Shown here: positions 1 to 12,377 of the stretch, one piece after another
Layout of the letters: each line of letters opens with the position of its first letter
Position numbering within the stretch: the stretch's first letter is position 1
From: Hemiscyllium ocellatum
Lineage: Eukaryota
NCBI RefSeq assembly: GCF_020745735.1
Contig: NC_083406.1
Span: 13,330,001 to 13,394,000 of the forward strand
DNA length: 64,000 nucleotides
Reading direction: 5' to 3'
The notes under the pieces: model-generated
The model's input: only the letters and a program-made list of their open reading frames with translations
Told to the model about the DNA's origin: nothing
The model's database searches: none
Translations under genes and position numbers: made by a program

Positions 1-125
1 GTGTTTGTTTTTTACTCTGATATGTTTAATAACCTGAATGAATGTCATAATTCATGAATGGAGAACAGGTTAATTTATACATTCAGACACATATAGCATT
101 ACAATCACAAAGATGTTAAGATGTT

Positions 126-418
126 GGGCGGCACAGTGGTTAGCACTGCTGCCTCACAGCACCAGAGACCTGGGTTCAATTCCCGACTCAGGCGACTGAC
201 TGTGTGGAGTTTGCACGTTCTCCCCGTGTCTGCGTGGGTTTCCTCCGGGTGCTCCGGTTTCCTCCCACAGTCCAAAGATGTGCGGGTCAGGTGAATTAGC
301 CATGCTAAATTGCCTGTAGTGTTAGGTAAGGGGTAAATGGGTGGGTTGCGCTTTGGCGGGTCAGTGTGGACTTGTTGGGCCGAAGGGCCTGTTTCCACAC
401 TGTAAGTAATCTAATCTA
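126..418 (+). mobile_element. HE1-type shark SINE (tRNA-derived head, CR1-like 3' tail)
   Basis: A-box-like GGCACAGTGGTTAGCAC, B-box GGTTCAATTCC, central TGTGTGGAGTTTGCACGTTCTCCCCGTGTCTGCGTGGGTTTCCTCCGGGTGCTCCGG, tail GGGCCGAAGGGCCTGTTTCC...(TAATC)n. Five related copies occur elsewhere in the window. Confidence 0.9.
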
Positions 419-1399
419 TGTAGAGGGAGGCCATTTGGCCCATTGTTCTTGAATTGTTTCTTTTACCTAGCGCCAATCCCCTACACTTACCTTCTAACCA
501 CTTACCTGCACACCATTTTTATTCAAATAATCATTAAATGCCTTATTGGATGCTCATATTTGTTGCAATGAAATGTCAAATTAACAGGAATACTGTAAAA
601 CTTTGACTTCATTGATGTTGGTCAGTGCTTTAAAACTAAGTATGGTAATTGCAATTATATTACACAGAAATGCTTGTAATGCAGTGACTAGCAATGGACT
701 GTCACAGATCTTCAGTAAGTTGAGTTGTAAATACTGGGACAAATATTTAAAGTTTTTGCACATATGAAATCTAAGATATTTTCATGTACTTTAAGTGAAT
801 TTATTAAACAGAAATGTATATTACAGATATACATCAGAATAATTGACTATCTGAAAGCTGCATAATTCACGCTCACAGGAGCAGAATCCATTTCAAGTCG
901 CTTAAATTCTAATGAAAATCATTAAAATTGTATCATAAACTACTATTTTAAGTCTCCTTGTTACAGGCATTATTACATTTTAATGAAGACTACATTTTTC
1001 AATAATGCCTCGGATTTTGGACGGCATTCATTTAAGGAGTTATACATTCGCCTTTTATTAAGTGCCTGCAATTTACATCCTTCAAAGACCGAAAGACGTT
1101 CCCAACACCACGGCACTCGTGCAGCGTTACTTTTACAGTTAGAAACATTTCCCTAGACACTGCTCCATATCATGAGACATTGACAGGACACGAGTTTGGA
1201 ATACAGTAAACTAACGCGGTCGGGAAGCACGCCACACTAAATCTGTAGCCTTCCTTTGCAAGGGCTTTGCTCAGGTCGGATTTTCATCGTCGCCCCGACA
1301 CATGGGCATTTTCAGGCGGCGATGTTCGTCAGGCCGATGTGTGCAAAGTCCACGCATGCAAAATAGCACAGGAGAGGCACGCGTGGCTGATGGAACCAC

Positions 1400-1785
1400 C
1401 CGAGAGGATAAGGGAAAACCGCGGCGCAAGGGAAGAGGGGAGAGAGGAGGAAGAAGGGAGAGGGTAAAATGCGAAGTCACGGGGAAAGAGGAGTGGGGGG
1501 AGGAGGAGGAGCAGGGAAATAGGACAGAGGGGTAAAAGGAGAAGAAAAAAAAAGGGGCAAGGGGAAGAAGGGACAAGTGCAGGAAGAGGGAATGACTAAG
1601 AAGAGGACGCAAGGAACGAGGGAAGGGAAAGAGAAGGAAGAGGATGAAAGGCTAGCGAATGAAGCACGGAGTGGGAAACAGGAGGAAGAGGAGAAAACGG
1701 AGGGTGCACGGAGTGGAAGAGGGGGGAAGATCCGAAGCCACAGGGAAAGGCGGAAGGAGTGAGCAGGAGAGACGGGAAAGAACGC
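1400..1785. repeat. Polypurine (GA-rich) low-complexity tract
   Basis: The + strand is overwhelmingly G/A (GGAAGAGGGGAGAGAGGAGGAAGAAGGGAG...). A G15 run follows at 1852-1866. Confidence 0.9.
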
Positions 1786-2099
1786 AATTGACGTTTTGAT
1801 GGCAACTTTGCAATTAAATAAACAGCAAAAAAAAACATATGCCAAAAAGACGGGGGGGGGGGGGGGAATTTCCTTGAAACTGAACCAAGACAGTGGGTGC
1901 ACGTCGTGTGAATCAGTCACGCTGTGTGTGTGTGTTTCTGGGGAAGGAGGGGAATACATTAAGTACCGGCCCGGAGTGTGGGGAAGGACGGGAGGGTGCC
2001 GTTGATAGATGGAGGGGGAGTAGTGTGGGAATGTTGATAGGGATGTGTGTGTGTGTATTTGTTTCATGGAATGGGGTGGGACGGGAGGCGGTGTATTCC

Positions 2100-4602
2100 T
2101 TTGATTTGGAGGGCTTGTATTAGTTTGATGAGGGGTGTGTGTATCTGATGGAATAGAAGTGGCAGGGAAATATTAATGTGTGTGTTTGTTTGATGGCGGG
2201 AGAGTGGGTGTAGTTGTTTGATGGGGAATGTGCGTTAGGTTAATCTGGGTGCATGTTTGATGGAAAGGGAATGGAGTGGGGAATGTTAATGGGCGTGTGT
2301 GTATTTGGTGAGAGTGAATGTTAAGGGAGATGTGTATTTTTTTGATGGGGTGTGCACATTTGTTCGATGAGGATGTGTGCATTTATTTAATGAGGAAGGT
2401 GTATGTTTATTTGATGGGGATGGCTGTGTATTTGTTTCATGAGAGGGTGTATATTTGTTTGGGGATGTGGGTATATATTTCTTTGATGAAGGGACGGCAT
2501 ATTTGAAGAGGAGTGTGTATTTGATGGGGGTGTGTTTGATGGGCGGTGTGTATTTGTTTGACGGGCGGTGTGTATTTGTTTGATGGGGTGGGGTGTGTAT
2601 AATTGTTTGATGTGGGGGTGTACATTTGATTGATAAGGCAGGTGTGTATGTATTTGACGAGGGGGGCTGTGTATTTGTTGAGGGGTGGTATATATTTGTT
2701 TAATGAGGGGGATGGATGTATATTTGCTTGAGGGTGTGTGTATTTGTTTGATGGGGTGGTGTATGTTGGATGAGGGGCATGTACATTTGTTTGATGGGGA
2801 GGTGTATTTGTTTGATAGGGGTGTGTACATTTGCTTAATGGGGATGTATTTGATAGGGGTGTGTACATTGTTTGATGGAGGATGTATATTTGTTTGATGA
2901 GGGGCGTGTTTTTTTATGCAAGGTGTAATTGGTAGTGGTGTGTACATTTGTTTGATGGAGGGTATATATTTGATGAGAGAGTGTATATTTGTTTGACAGG
3001 ATGGGGGTATATATTTGTTTAATGGGAGGTGTATATTTGTTTGATGAGGGTTGTATAGTTGTTTGATGGAGTATCCATTTGTTTGATGAGAGAGTGTATA
3101 TTTGTTTGACAGGGTGGGGGTATACATTTGTTTAATGGGAGGTGTATATTTGTTTGATGAGGGTTGTATAGTTGTTTGATGGAGTATCCATTTGTTTGAT
3201 GAGAGTGTGTATATTTGTCTGATGGGGTGGGGTGTATCTATTTGTTTGATGGGGTGGGGAGGTGTATGTTTGATGGCCCGGGGGTGTGTATTTGATGGGG
3301 TGGAGCTGTATATTTGATGGGGTGTGTGCGTTTGTTTCTTGATGGGCTATGCATTCTATGGGGTGGAGGGTGTATATATTTGATGGGTCGGGGGTGTTTT
3401 TCTGTTTGATGGTGTGAGGGGTGTGTATCAGTTTGATGGGGTGGGGGTATATATTTGTTTGATGGGGTGGGGGTGCATATTTGTTTGATGGGGTGAGGGG
3501 TGTGTATCTGTGATGGGGAGGGGTGTGTATCTGTTTGAAGAAGTGGGGGTGTGTATCTGTTTAATGGAGTGAGGGGTGTGTATCTATTTGATGGGGTGAG
3601 GGGTGTGTATCTGTTTGACGGGGTGAGGGGTATATATTTGTTTGATGGGGTGGGGGTGCATATTTGTTTGATGGGGTGAGGGGTGTGTATCTGTGATGGG
3701 GAGGGGTGTGTATCTGTTTGAAGAAGTGGGGGGGTGTATCTGTTTAATGGAGTGAGGGGTGTGTATCTATTTGATGGGGTGAGGGGTGTGTGTATTTGTT
3801 TGATGGCGTGTGGGGGTGTGTGTATTTGTTTGATGGGGTGTGGGTGTGTGTGTATTTGATGGGGTGAGGGGTGTGTATTTGTTTGATGGGATGTGGAGTT
3901 ATGTGTTTTTGTTTGATGGGGTGAGGGGTGTGTATCTGTTTGATGGGGTATGGGGTGTGTGTATTTGTTTGATGGAGCTGGGGGTATATTTGTTTGATGG
4001 GGTGTGGTGGTGTGTGTATTTGTTTGATGGGATATGGGAGTGCGTGTATTTGTTTGATGGGGTGAGGGATGTGTATTTGTTTGATGGGGTGTGGGGGTGT
4101 CTGTATTTGTTTGATGGGGTGTGGGTGTGTGTGTATTTGTTTGATGTGATTGGGGGCATATTTGTTTGATGGGGTGTAGGGGTGTGTGTATTTGTTTGAT
4201 GGGGTGTGGGGGTGTGTGTATTTGTTTGATGGGGTGAGGGGTGTATATGTTTGATGGGGTGTGGGAGTGTGTGTATTTGTTTGATGTGGTTGGGAGTATA
4301 TTTGTTTGATGGGGTGTGGGGTGTGTATTTGTTTGATGTGGTTGGGGGTATACTTGTTTGATGGGGTGTGGGAGTGTGTGTATTTGTTTGATGTGGTTGG
4401 GGGTATACTTGTTTGATGGGGTGTGGGTGTGTTTGATGGGTTGAGGGGTGTGTATCTGTTTGATGGGGTGTGGGTGTGTGTTTGATGGGGTGAGGGGTGT
4501 GTATTTGTTTGATGGGGTGTGGGTGTGTGTTTGATGGGGTTGGGGGTGTGTGTATTTGTTTGATGGGGTGTGGGGGTGTGTGTATTTGTTTGATGGGGTG
4601 TA
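2100..4602. repeat. G/T-rich minisatellite, ~22-30 bp unit (GTGTGTATTTGTTTGATGGGGTG[T/A]GGG), with higher-order repeats
   Basis: Continuous reiteration of the core TATTTGTTTGATGGGG. It is degenerate at the left and homogeneous at the right. Visible HOR periods are 113 bp (GTATCC at 3071 and 3184) and 183 bp (GGGTGCA at 3471 and 3654). Confidence 0.97.
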
Positions 4603-4609
4603 GTGGGAG

Positions 4610-5360
4610 AGACGTGTATATTGGTTACCAGCGGCGTGCCCCCTCCCTCCCTCCCTAACTGCCAGCCTGCGGCGGCGGTGGCGCGCGGCACTGCAGCCCG
4701 GGAGTTGGAGCTCGCGCTCGCTCTGGCTGTGGCCGCGTGTCCCTGGCGCCGCCCGGGCAAGCGCGCGCTCCCTCTCTCCCTCCCTCCCTCCCTCCCTCCC
4801 TGTCTGTCTCCATGCGCCTGTCTCCGGCTGAACCTCCACCCCCTTTCTCCCTGTATCCCTCCTCACATTCACTCACTCACTCACTCACTGACTGGGCTCT
4901 AAAATGGCGGGGAGACAGCCTCCAGCCGCAGCACCGTTACTGCTCGCGACGCTGCTCCTGTTACCCGGTAAGGAAACCCACCCCCACCCCCCCAAAAAAA
5001 ACTCCGCTTGGTATCTAATTAAATGTTTATTCGATATCGGTCCGTTATGTGATTTTTTTTATATACACGCCGGCCGACTGGGGTGTTTCGTTGACTTTTT
5101 ATTTCGCCGAAATCGACTCCGCCGGGAGGAAAAGTTTCTTTTACATATTTATATATAATTTTGTCCGGTCTGTGAGAGGGAGGTGACAGGGGCCTTGGCT
5201 CCTGCTCTGGTTTCCACCCCCTTTCCTCAACATTAACACCGAAACGGACAGCCAAACTTTTCCTCCCTCCCTCCCTCCCTCCCTGTCCCTCTGTCTCTCC
5301 CTCTCGAGTTCGGTCTCCGCTCTCAATGAATTGAGATTCGCATCGGGGTTTCTGCCAACT
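4610..5360 (+). promoter_or_regulatory. CpG island / promoter, 5' UTR and start of intron 1 of the host gene
   Basis: High GC and CpG density (GCGGCGGCGGTGGCGCGCGGC...) in an otherwise CpG-depleted window. Inverted CCAAT (ATTGG) at 4620-4624, (CCCT)n and (TCAC)n microsatellites before the ATG, and a YY1-like/Kozak AAAATGGCGG at 4901-4910. Confidence 0.85.
4904..4967 (+). CDS. First coding exon: signal peptide of an unidentified secreted or type-I membrane protein (MAGRQPPAAAPLLLATLLLLP + 1 nt, phase-1 intron)
   Basis: Strong-context ATG (AAAATGG) inside a CpG island, basic n-region then hydrophobic LLLATLLLL, and a canonical donor CCG|GTAAGG at 4967/4968. The ORF beyond the donor looks intronic. 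Confidence 0.82.
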
Positions 5361-6619
5361 CCGAGCTTTTTAAACCAAAAAAAAATCTGATAACTTTTGT
5401 GTGTGTGTGAGAATCTGAGAGTTTCCAACTTCCAACACCCTTCTCTCTCTCTCGGTATGGGGTTTGATTTCAGTCTCTCACACGGGCTTTGATCTGTTTA
5501 TTTCTCTCTCTCTCTCTCTGGCCGTTGCGGTTTTGTGAGTTGAGGGGTTTATGGTTTGTTTGTGTATGTTGTTGTGGTGGTGGTTGGGGGTAGGGGAGAG
5601 GGAATGGGGGTTCAGGTAAACCTGCCCCTGACCTGGTTGACCACATCTTGCTGTTCACCTACAACAACAACAACAAGGGGGCAGCGGGTCGACCCCTCCC
5701 CCCTCGCCCCTTCGCCCCTCGCCAGACTGACTGCAGATTTAAACTGTTGTTTAAAATAAAAGTGCATTGCTGGGATGTCACTGGGTTTGTTGCATTTGGA
5801 AAACTGTGGTTTCTGTTTCATCTGGGGCAGGCGAGTGCCTCTGCTCGACGATGCATTTCCAGAGCATGTTTGCATTTGGCAGAGCCTTGACTTTCGTGGG
5901 AGTGCACCTTCTAAAACGCGACACCTGAAATGGTTTTTTTTCTCAAATAGCTGCTAAGGCAATCGCATTTGAAGTACACTACGTGCCTTGAGTTTTGCAA
6001 GGTGTTCGTAGGAAGGGCAACATATGCACAATGGAATGGAATGCAATGCAATGCAATGAACAGATTTGTACAAAGTTCAAGCATACGGTGGAAACTTCCT
6101 GCCAGGTTCTAGATAGCGCCTCGTACCCAGTCAGTGAATTCGGACAATTGGTGTACTGTAATGCTCAAAACATAATTGCAATTCTTTTTGATACCAAGCC
6201 ACTTTGTTTGACCTTCTAATTTTCACGTTAGTGCTAGAGAAACTATACTTATTGCATCAAATGCAAGGCACCAATCAATTTGTTTAAAGGGAAATTTGTC
6301 ACAGTTAAACGTTTTTATGTTTGCAATTAAAGTTTGTCAGATGATTGGGTCATGCAAGTATTCATATGCCATTGAATCTCTGTTTAGGTGTGCTGTGAGT
6401 TTTTAAAAATTTTCCACTATATGCAATTTAGCCAAATATTTGGCACATTTTATGTATGAAAAGGTAAGTGGAAAGGAATCACTGATGTCTTTTTGCGCAT
6501 TTAAAACAAATTTAGCCAAGTTTTTCACATACCTAGTAGATTTACAGTGGATTATGGCACACTAGAATCAATAAATGGGACCTTCATATTCACAGCTGTT
6601 CTGCAATTCAACTCACATT

Positions 6620-6820
6620 AGCGGCTATAGCTGCCATAGTCCCAGAGGACTGCAGGGCTGCTGTCTCCATTAAAGAGAGCTGACTGGTGGTGAGTTTAAT
6701 CTGGCTCACCGTGGCTCAAGTGAGGAGCAAGGTTGAGAAGGTGGGGCATATTAAGGGTAACTTCAGCCTGTTGGTGTCACTGTGCATTGCAAACCATCCA
6801 TCTATCCAACTGAGTTAACA
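6620..6820 (-). mobile_element. Degenerate tRNA-derived SINE
   Basis: The minus strand begins GTTAACTCAGTTGGATAGATGG (A-box-like tRNA head). The body resembles a common shark SINE (recognised from memory). Confidence 0.6.
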
Positions 6821-8644
6821 TCACAAAAGACATGATATGGAACAGAAACAAGTGTCTATCAAGGAGTGCAGAAGAGGGGTCAACTAAAAACCTGAAGGGA
6901 AGGCAACAATAGAATTGAAAATTTAAAAGAACTCCACCTCTGTTAGTATCATTAAATTGCATTTGCATTTCATTTATCTGATACACTGTTCTGCAATCCT
7001 CTTGCTCTATATGCTGAATTTGCTTTGTTATTTTCCATATGGGAAATTTAAGAAGAGTTCTAGAAAGGGGCAGTGCACAGTTAAGTTATTTAAGCACCTG
7101 TGTCCAAGCATTTAGTGATAGAAAAAGAAACATGCCATACTTTCTTTCCTATTTTTGGGAACATTGTCTTATGTTCAGAATTGTTCTTGTAGGCTTAATG
7201 CCTACGAGAATCTTTGCATATTTGTATCAGAAGAGCCTTGTAAACTGGAATGTGGTGAACTGATCTCCTGGAATGCCATACTTATGGAATATTTAAAGCC
7301 GATGTTTTCCACTTATCAGTAATGACAAGAATATTAAATTCTGCTTATACTTGTTGGATTTAGCTAGTTAATTATATTATATATCAATTGGAATTACAGT
7401 GCTACTTCATAATTTTTCATGTACGTTCAAAAATTTTATACATTTGATTCACTTCAAAGGTAATAATTCCAGCAAATAATTACAGATAGTGTATCAGGCA
7501 CTGTGCAGTTGAATATATAGATATAAACAGTGACAAAGCTAGAATCTACATTTGACAATGCAGTATTTTCATTAGTTGTTGAGAATTGTTTGTATTTCAT
7601 TCCCTCCACCAAATATTCTTGAAAGTTTCACAGCTTAACAGATTTTGTGCTAACTTTACTGGCAAGCAGAAATCTTTCAGTAATTAAAGCACTGGGCTTA
7701 GGCAACAATATGTAATCAAAGACCTGTCTGTTCAATGGTACAGTTTCAAACTTTGCTTTAAAAAGTATTGTCCTAGTTTGTGCTCGCAGGGTACAGGTTT
7801 GCTGTTGTTTTTCCTTTTACACCTGTTCGTGTTTTTTTGGGTTGATTCCTGCTGACAGACTTTGTTGGTACAGTTGTTCTGCAAGCACAGCTGTGTGGAT
7901 TGATTGCATGCAAACCTGCACAAATGTAATTTGACAGGAAAAGAAGTTTTGAAAATATTTGAACTATGCACATTTTGTAACTTGTAATGCAGTGGCTCTG
8001 TTGACCGTGTTTTTAATAGTTATTTTGCCTGGAAGCTTCACCTTACTGGAGACATCAGAATTTGAGATTTTGGGATCTGTTAGATTTGGTGAGTATTTAC
8101 TTTTGTTTAATGGTGTTTGTATTGAAAAAAAATTAGTTTCCTTGAGTAGATTTTTCTTTGTGTCAGACACTTCTCTCCCATTTCAGGATGAAATGGTTGC
8201 TGAGTTGTGACACAAGCATTCAAATAGAGAGCTGCTGCTTTGTTTCAATTAAATATTACACAAAAATCATTTGCTAACAGAATCTCAACATTGGGAGTAA
8301 TTTAGAATTTCTTACCTAATTTGTCATTCTCATTACATATGATGATAGGAGTAAGCTGCTCTGCCTTTCCAGGCATTTTGGCCATTCAAACAGATCATGG
8401 TTTATAAATTCCTTATGGAATTCAAAAAATGAACTTGAATCTCAATAATGAGTCCTATTTTCTTTACACTGAAAAACTCACAAGAAGGAATATCAGTAGG
8501 ACCAGTAACGTACATGAAAAGCAAAAATCATACTTTTCATTAGCCAGGTTAAGAAATTTCATTATCTCCAAATAAAAATCATTTGCATCTGTAAGCAAAG
8601 AAGCTTTATTTTTAGTTTCACTACTTCTGTGATAGCAGACTTAA

Positions 8645-9030
8645 TTCTTGGGTCAGAACTTTGTGGATTCATGCTTCCATCTAAGAGACTGAAGCACAGT
8701 ACCTAGGTGGGTACTGTACTTCATTCCAATACTGAAGGAGTGTTGTACTTTTGAAGGTGCCATGTTTTAGATGAATCGTGAATGCCCATCTGGTCTGAAA
8801 TGATATGAAAGATCCCAACAGGGGAAGGAGTTCTTTTGATAAGTGATTATGACTCGATCCCTGCTATCAGAAGTAGACTGAATGTCTGGTAATTTATCTT
8901 ACTGCTGTATCTGAATTTGTGTAGACATTTTCCTACATTGCAGCAATGACTACTCTTTACAAGTTCTTTTTTGGTGGTGAAGCATGTTTTTTAACATTCT
9001 AAAGTATATAAATACAAGTTTTTGTTCTTT
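8645..9030 (+). mobile_element. Ancient Deu-domain SINE (SacSINE1/AmnSINE-like), degenerate
   Basis: GAAGGTGCCATGTTTTAGATGA...AAAGATCCCA...GGAGTTCT resembles the Deu domain, and the tail TTTCCTACATTGCAGCAATGACTAC...ATATAAATACAAGT is L2-like. Similar remnants lie at ~50590-50830 and ~56240-56510. Confidence 0.6.
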
Positions 9031-12000
9031 TATTGTTGCATTCAACAATTACTGGGAGATTGAAAGAATTACAATCATTATGTCTTGATGTGTGCCTGTT
9101 TTCTTCCTCTCCTCCTCCCCCCCCCACTCTAATTCCTCTCGTGCCAGGAACTTTGAAAGGTATTTTTAAGATCCAGAATTGCTTAATTATTTCCGCATTC
9201 TGTTTTCAGCTTGATGTCCTGCACTATGACCCATTATTTTTTCTATTGAGAAATGATTTTTGTTTTTTTTATCTTGATGCGTTGCAGTTTTAAGGTTATC
9301 AAAACATCTATTAACAAGCTTTGTTTTCATCTAAATTGTAAGAATCTCTTCTATTTCTGCATTATTGATTGCTTTACGAACAGAAATAAATGGCATATTT
9401 TTACTTACGTTGCACAGATAATAAAGTATGGCTATATCTGTCTTAACCTAATAATGCAATATTTCCAGAACAGAAATATAGTGCGTTATAAAAAGACCTT
9501 GAATGCTTTCAATGAAATGAATAAAACTTGTGGTATTTATTTAATCTCTTTCAGTAATACAAATTTTAAAAATGCTCAGATATTCAAAAATCTGTCACTT
9601 CTTGACCTATCCCTTCCTCTTCTTCCAAACATGTCACATTTTTATGGAAAATAACTTGCTTTTTAACTAAATGTATTCAAACACTTTTAATTTCCATGTA
9701 GTCTGAATACACTGAATTTTGATAAATGATTAGAAAACTTATGGCATCACGTGACGTTTGCTATCAGCTCTGGTATTTGTTTCTTTTCTATTACCTTCTA
9801 AGTTATGACAATGCATATTTGTCATGTATCTTTTAAAAAGTGATTTGCAAGCTTGCAATACTATAATACTATATCAACATTTACAACACATTTGAACTTT
9901 ATTTTCATACATAGAACTTTACAGTGCAGTACAAGCTCTTCAGCACTCGATTGCACCAACCTGCAAAATTCATCTGCCCATCTAACCTATACTGTTCCAT
10001 TATTATCCATAAGTATGTGCAATGCCCTTAACGTCGGCGAATCTTCTGCTGTTCCATGCCCCTACTGAGAGAAGAAACTACTCCTGATGTCTGTTCTAAA
10101 TCTATCACCCCTCAATTTAAAGCTATGTTCCCTTGTGTTAACCTTCACCATCTGAGGAAAACCACCTCACTGTCCAACCTATCTAACCCTCTGATTATCT
10201 TATACGTTTCAATTAAGTCACCTCTCCGCCGCCTTCTCTCCAACGAAAACAGCCTCAGTTCCCTCAGCCTTTCCTCGTAAGACCTTCCTTCCGTACCGTG
10301 CAACATCCTAGTAAATCTCCTCTGAGCTCTTTCGAAAACTTTCACATCCTTCCTGTAATGCGGTGACCAGAACTGTGCACAATACTCCAGGTGCAGCCTT
10401 ACCAATGTCTTGTACAGCTGAAGCATGACCTCGTGGCTCCGAAACTCAATCCCCTTACCAATAAATGCCAACACACTATATGCCTCCTTAACAACTCTTG
10501 TCAACCAGGCTGGCAACTTTCAGGGATTTATGCAGCTGAACACCAAGATCTCTCTGCTCGTTTAGTCTGCCAAGAATTTTACCATTAGTCCAGTACTCTG
10601 CATTCCTGTTACTACTTCCAAAGTGAATTACCTCACACTTTCCTGCATTAATCTCCATTTGCCACTTCTCAGCCCAGTTCTGCATCTTATCTGTCCCTCT
10701 ATAACCATAACATCTTTTGGTACTACCTACAACTTTGCCTTAATTAGTGCCATCTGCAAATTTACTATCCTGTCCTTCTTTGCCCACCTCCAGATCCATT
10801 ATAAAAATGGCAAACAGCAGTGGCCCCAAAACAAATCTTTGCGGCACACTACTGGTAACTGAGCTCCAAGATGAACATTTCCCATCAAACATCACCTGTC
10901 GTCTTTCAGCTAGCCAACTTCTGATCCAAACTGCTAAGTCACTTTCAATCCTGAAACTCCTTAATTTGTGCAATAGCCTACCGCGTAGATCTTATCAAAC
11001 ACCTTACTTTCATGCATCTGTTTTGTCACCTTCTGGAAGAACTCAGAGGTTAGTGAGGCATGAGCTAGCCTTCACAAAACCGTGTTGATTATTCATAATC
11101 AAATTATTCCTTTCCAGATGATTTATAAATCCATTCTCCTATAACCTTTTCCAATACCTTACCCACAACTGAAGTAAAGCTCACTGGCCTATAATTACCA
11201 GGGCTGTCCTGACTCCCCTTCTTAAACAAGGGAACAACATTTGCTATCCTCCAGTCTTTTGGCACTACTTCTGTCAGTGATGACATAAAGATTGAAGCCA
11301 AAGGCTCTGCAATCCCCCCTTGGCTTCCCAGAGAATCTGAGGATAAATCCCATCTAGCCCTGGGGTCTTAGCAATTTTGGAAGATCTGAAAATAGTTAAA
11401 ACCTTCTGTTTGTCAACCGTGATCTCACCTAATCTTGTAGCCTGTATCTCTGTATTCTCACTAACATTGCCCTTTTCCATTGTGAATACTGATGAAAAGT
11501 ATTCATTAAGCGCTTCTCTTAAGTCTTCGAATTCCACATGCAACTTTCCACAACTGTCTTTGGCCATAATCTTACTCTAATAATTCTTTTCTTGATATAC
11601 ATGTAGAAGGCCATAAGGTTTTCCTTGATCTTACCCACCAACAACTTCTCATGTTCTCTCCTGGCTTCTTAGCCTTCTCTTTAGATCTTTTCTGGCTAAC
11701 TTATAACACTCAAGCCCCTTATCTGTGCCTTCATGCCTCATCCTCGCATAAGTCGCCTCCTTCCTCATGACAAGAGCTTCAAATTCTTTGCTGCAGTAGC
11801 TGTTCCTTGAATAAGCTCCACGTTTCAAGAGTGTCCATCCCTGCAGTTTCCTTCCCCATCCTATGCATCTTAAATCTTTCTTAATTGCATCATATTTTGC
11901 CTTTGCCCCAGTTATACCTCTTTCCCTGCAATATATACCTATCCCTGTCCATTGTTACTGTAAACATAACCGAATTATGGTCACTATCGCCAAGTGCTCA

Positions 12001-12377
12001 ATTAACTCCAAATCTAACACCTGGCTGGGTTCATTGCCCAGTAACAAATCCAATATGATATCACCCCTTTTCTACAGAAAACGCATTGAACAAAAACTGA
12101 CCCATCTAAACTACTTGAAGTATAGTATTTCTAGTCAATATTGGGAAAGTTAAACTCCCCCATAACAACTATCTTATTACTTTCGCTCCTAGCGAGAATC
12201 ACCTTTGCTATCCTTTTTCCTACATCCCTGGAACAATTCAGAGTCCTATAGAAAACTCCCAACAAAGTGACCTCCTTTCCTGTTTTTTAACCTCAGCGGA
12301 TGAGTCCTCAAACATTCTCTGCTGCTGTAATAGTACCCTTGATTAACAATGCCACGCTCCCGCCTCTTTTACCATCT

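Noticed and set aside
126-200. tRNA gene
   Set aside because: The A/B boxes belong to the SINE head; there is no complete cloverleaf.
1267-2123. Glu/Gly/Arg-rich and Ser/Pro/Phe-rich ORFs
   Set aside because: By-products of the polypurine tract.
2100-4602. CRISPR-like repeat-spacer appearance
   Set aside because: Intervening segments are G/T variants of one monomer, not unique spacers. The context is eukaryotic and there are no cas genes.
3238-4872. 544-aa minus-strand His/Pro/Thr-rich ORF and overlapping ORFs at 2387-4760
   Set aside because: These are translations of the minisatellite. Several frames stay open because the C/A-rich strand rarely forms stop codons, and there is no domain or splice evidence.
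4904-4967. Assigning a gene symbol (TGF-beta receptor, Eph, LAMP or PTPR-like first exons considered)
   Set aside because: Signal peptides are poorly conserved, and 21 residues cannot identify the gene.
4968-5158. Continuation of ORF 4904-5158 to 84 aa
   Set aside because: It lies beyond a strong splice donor, and the sequence is low-complexity and intron-like.
8170-8210. Possible exon-2 acceptor TTCTCTCCCATTTCAG|GATGA
   Set aside because: In phase 1 it gives Gly followed immediately by TGA.
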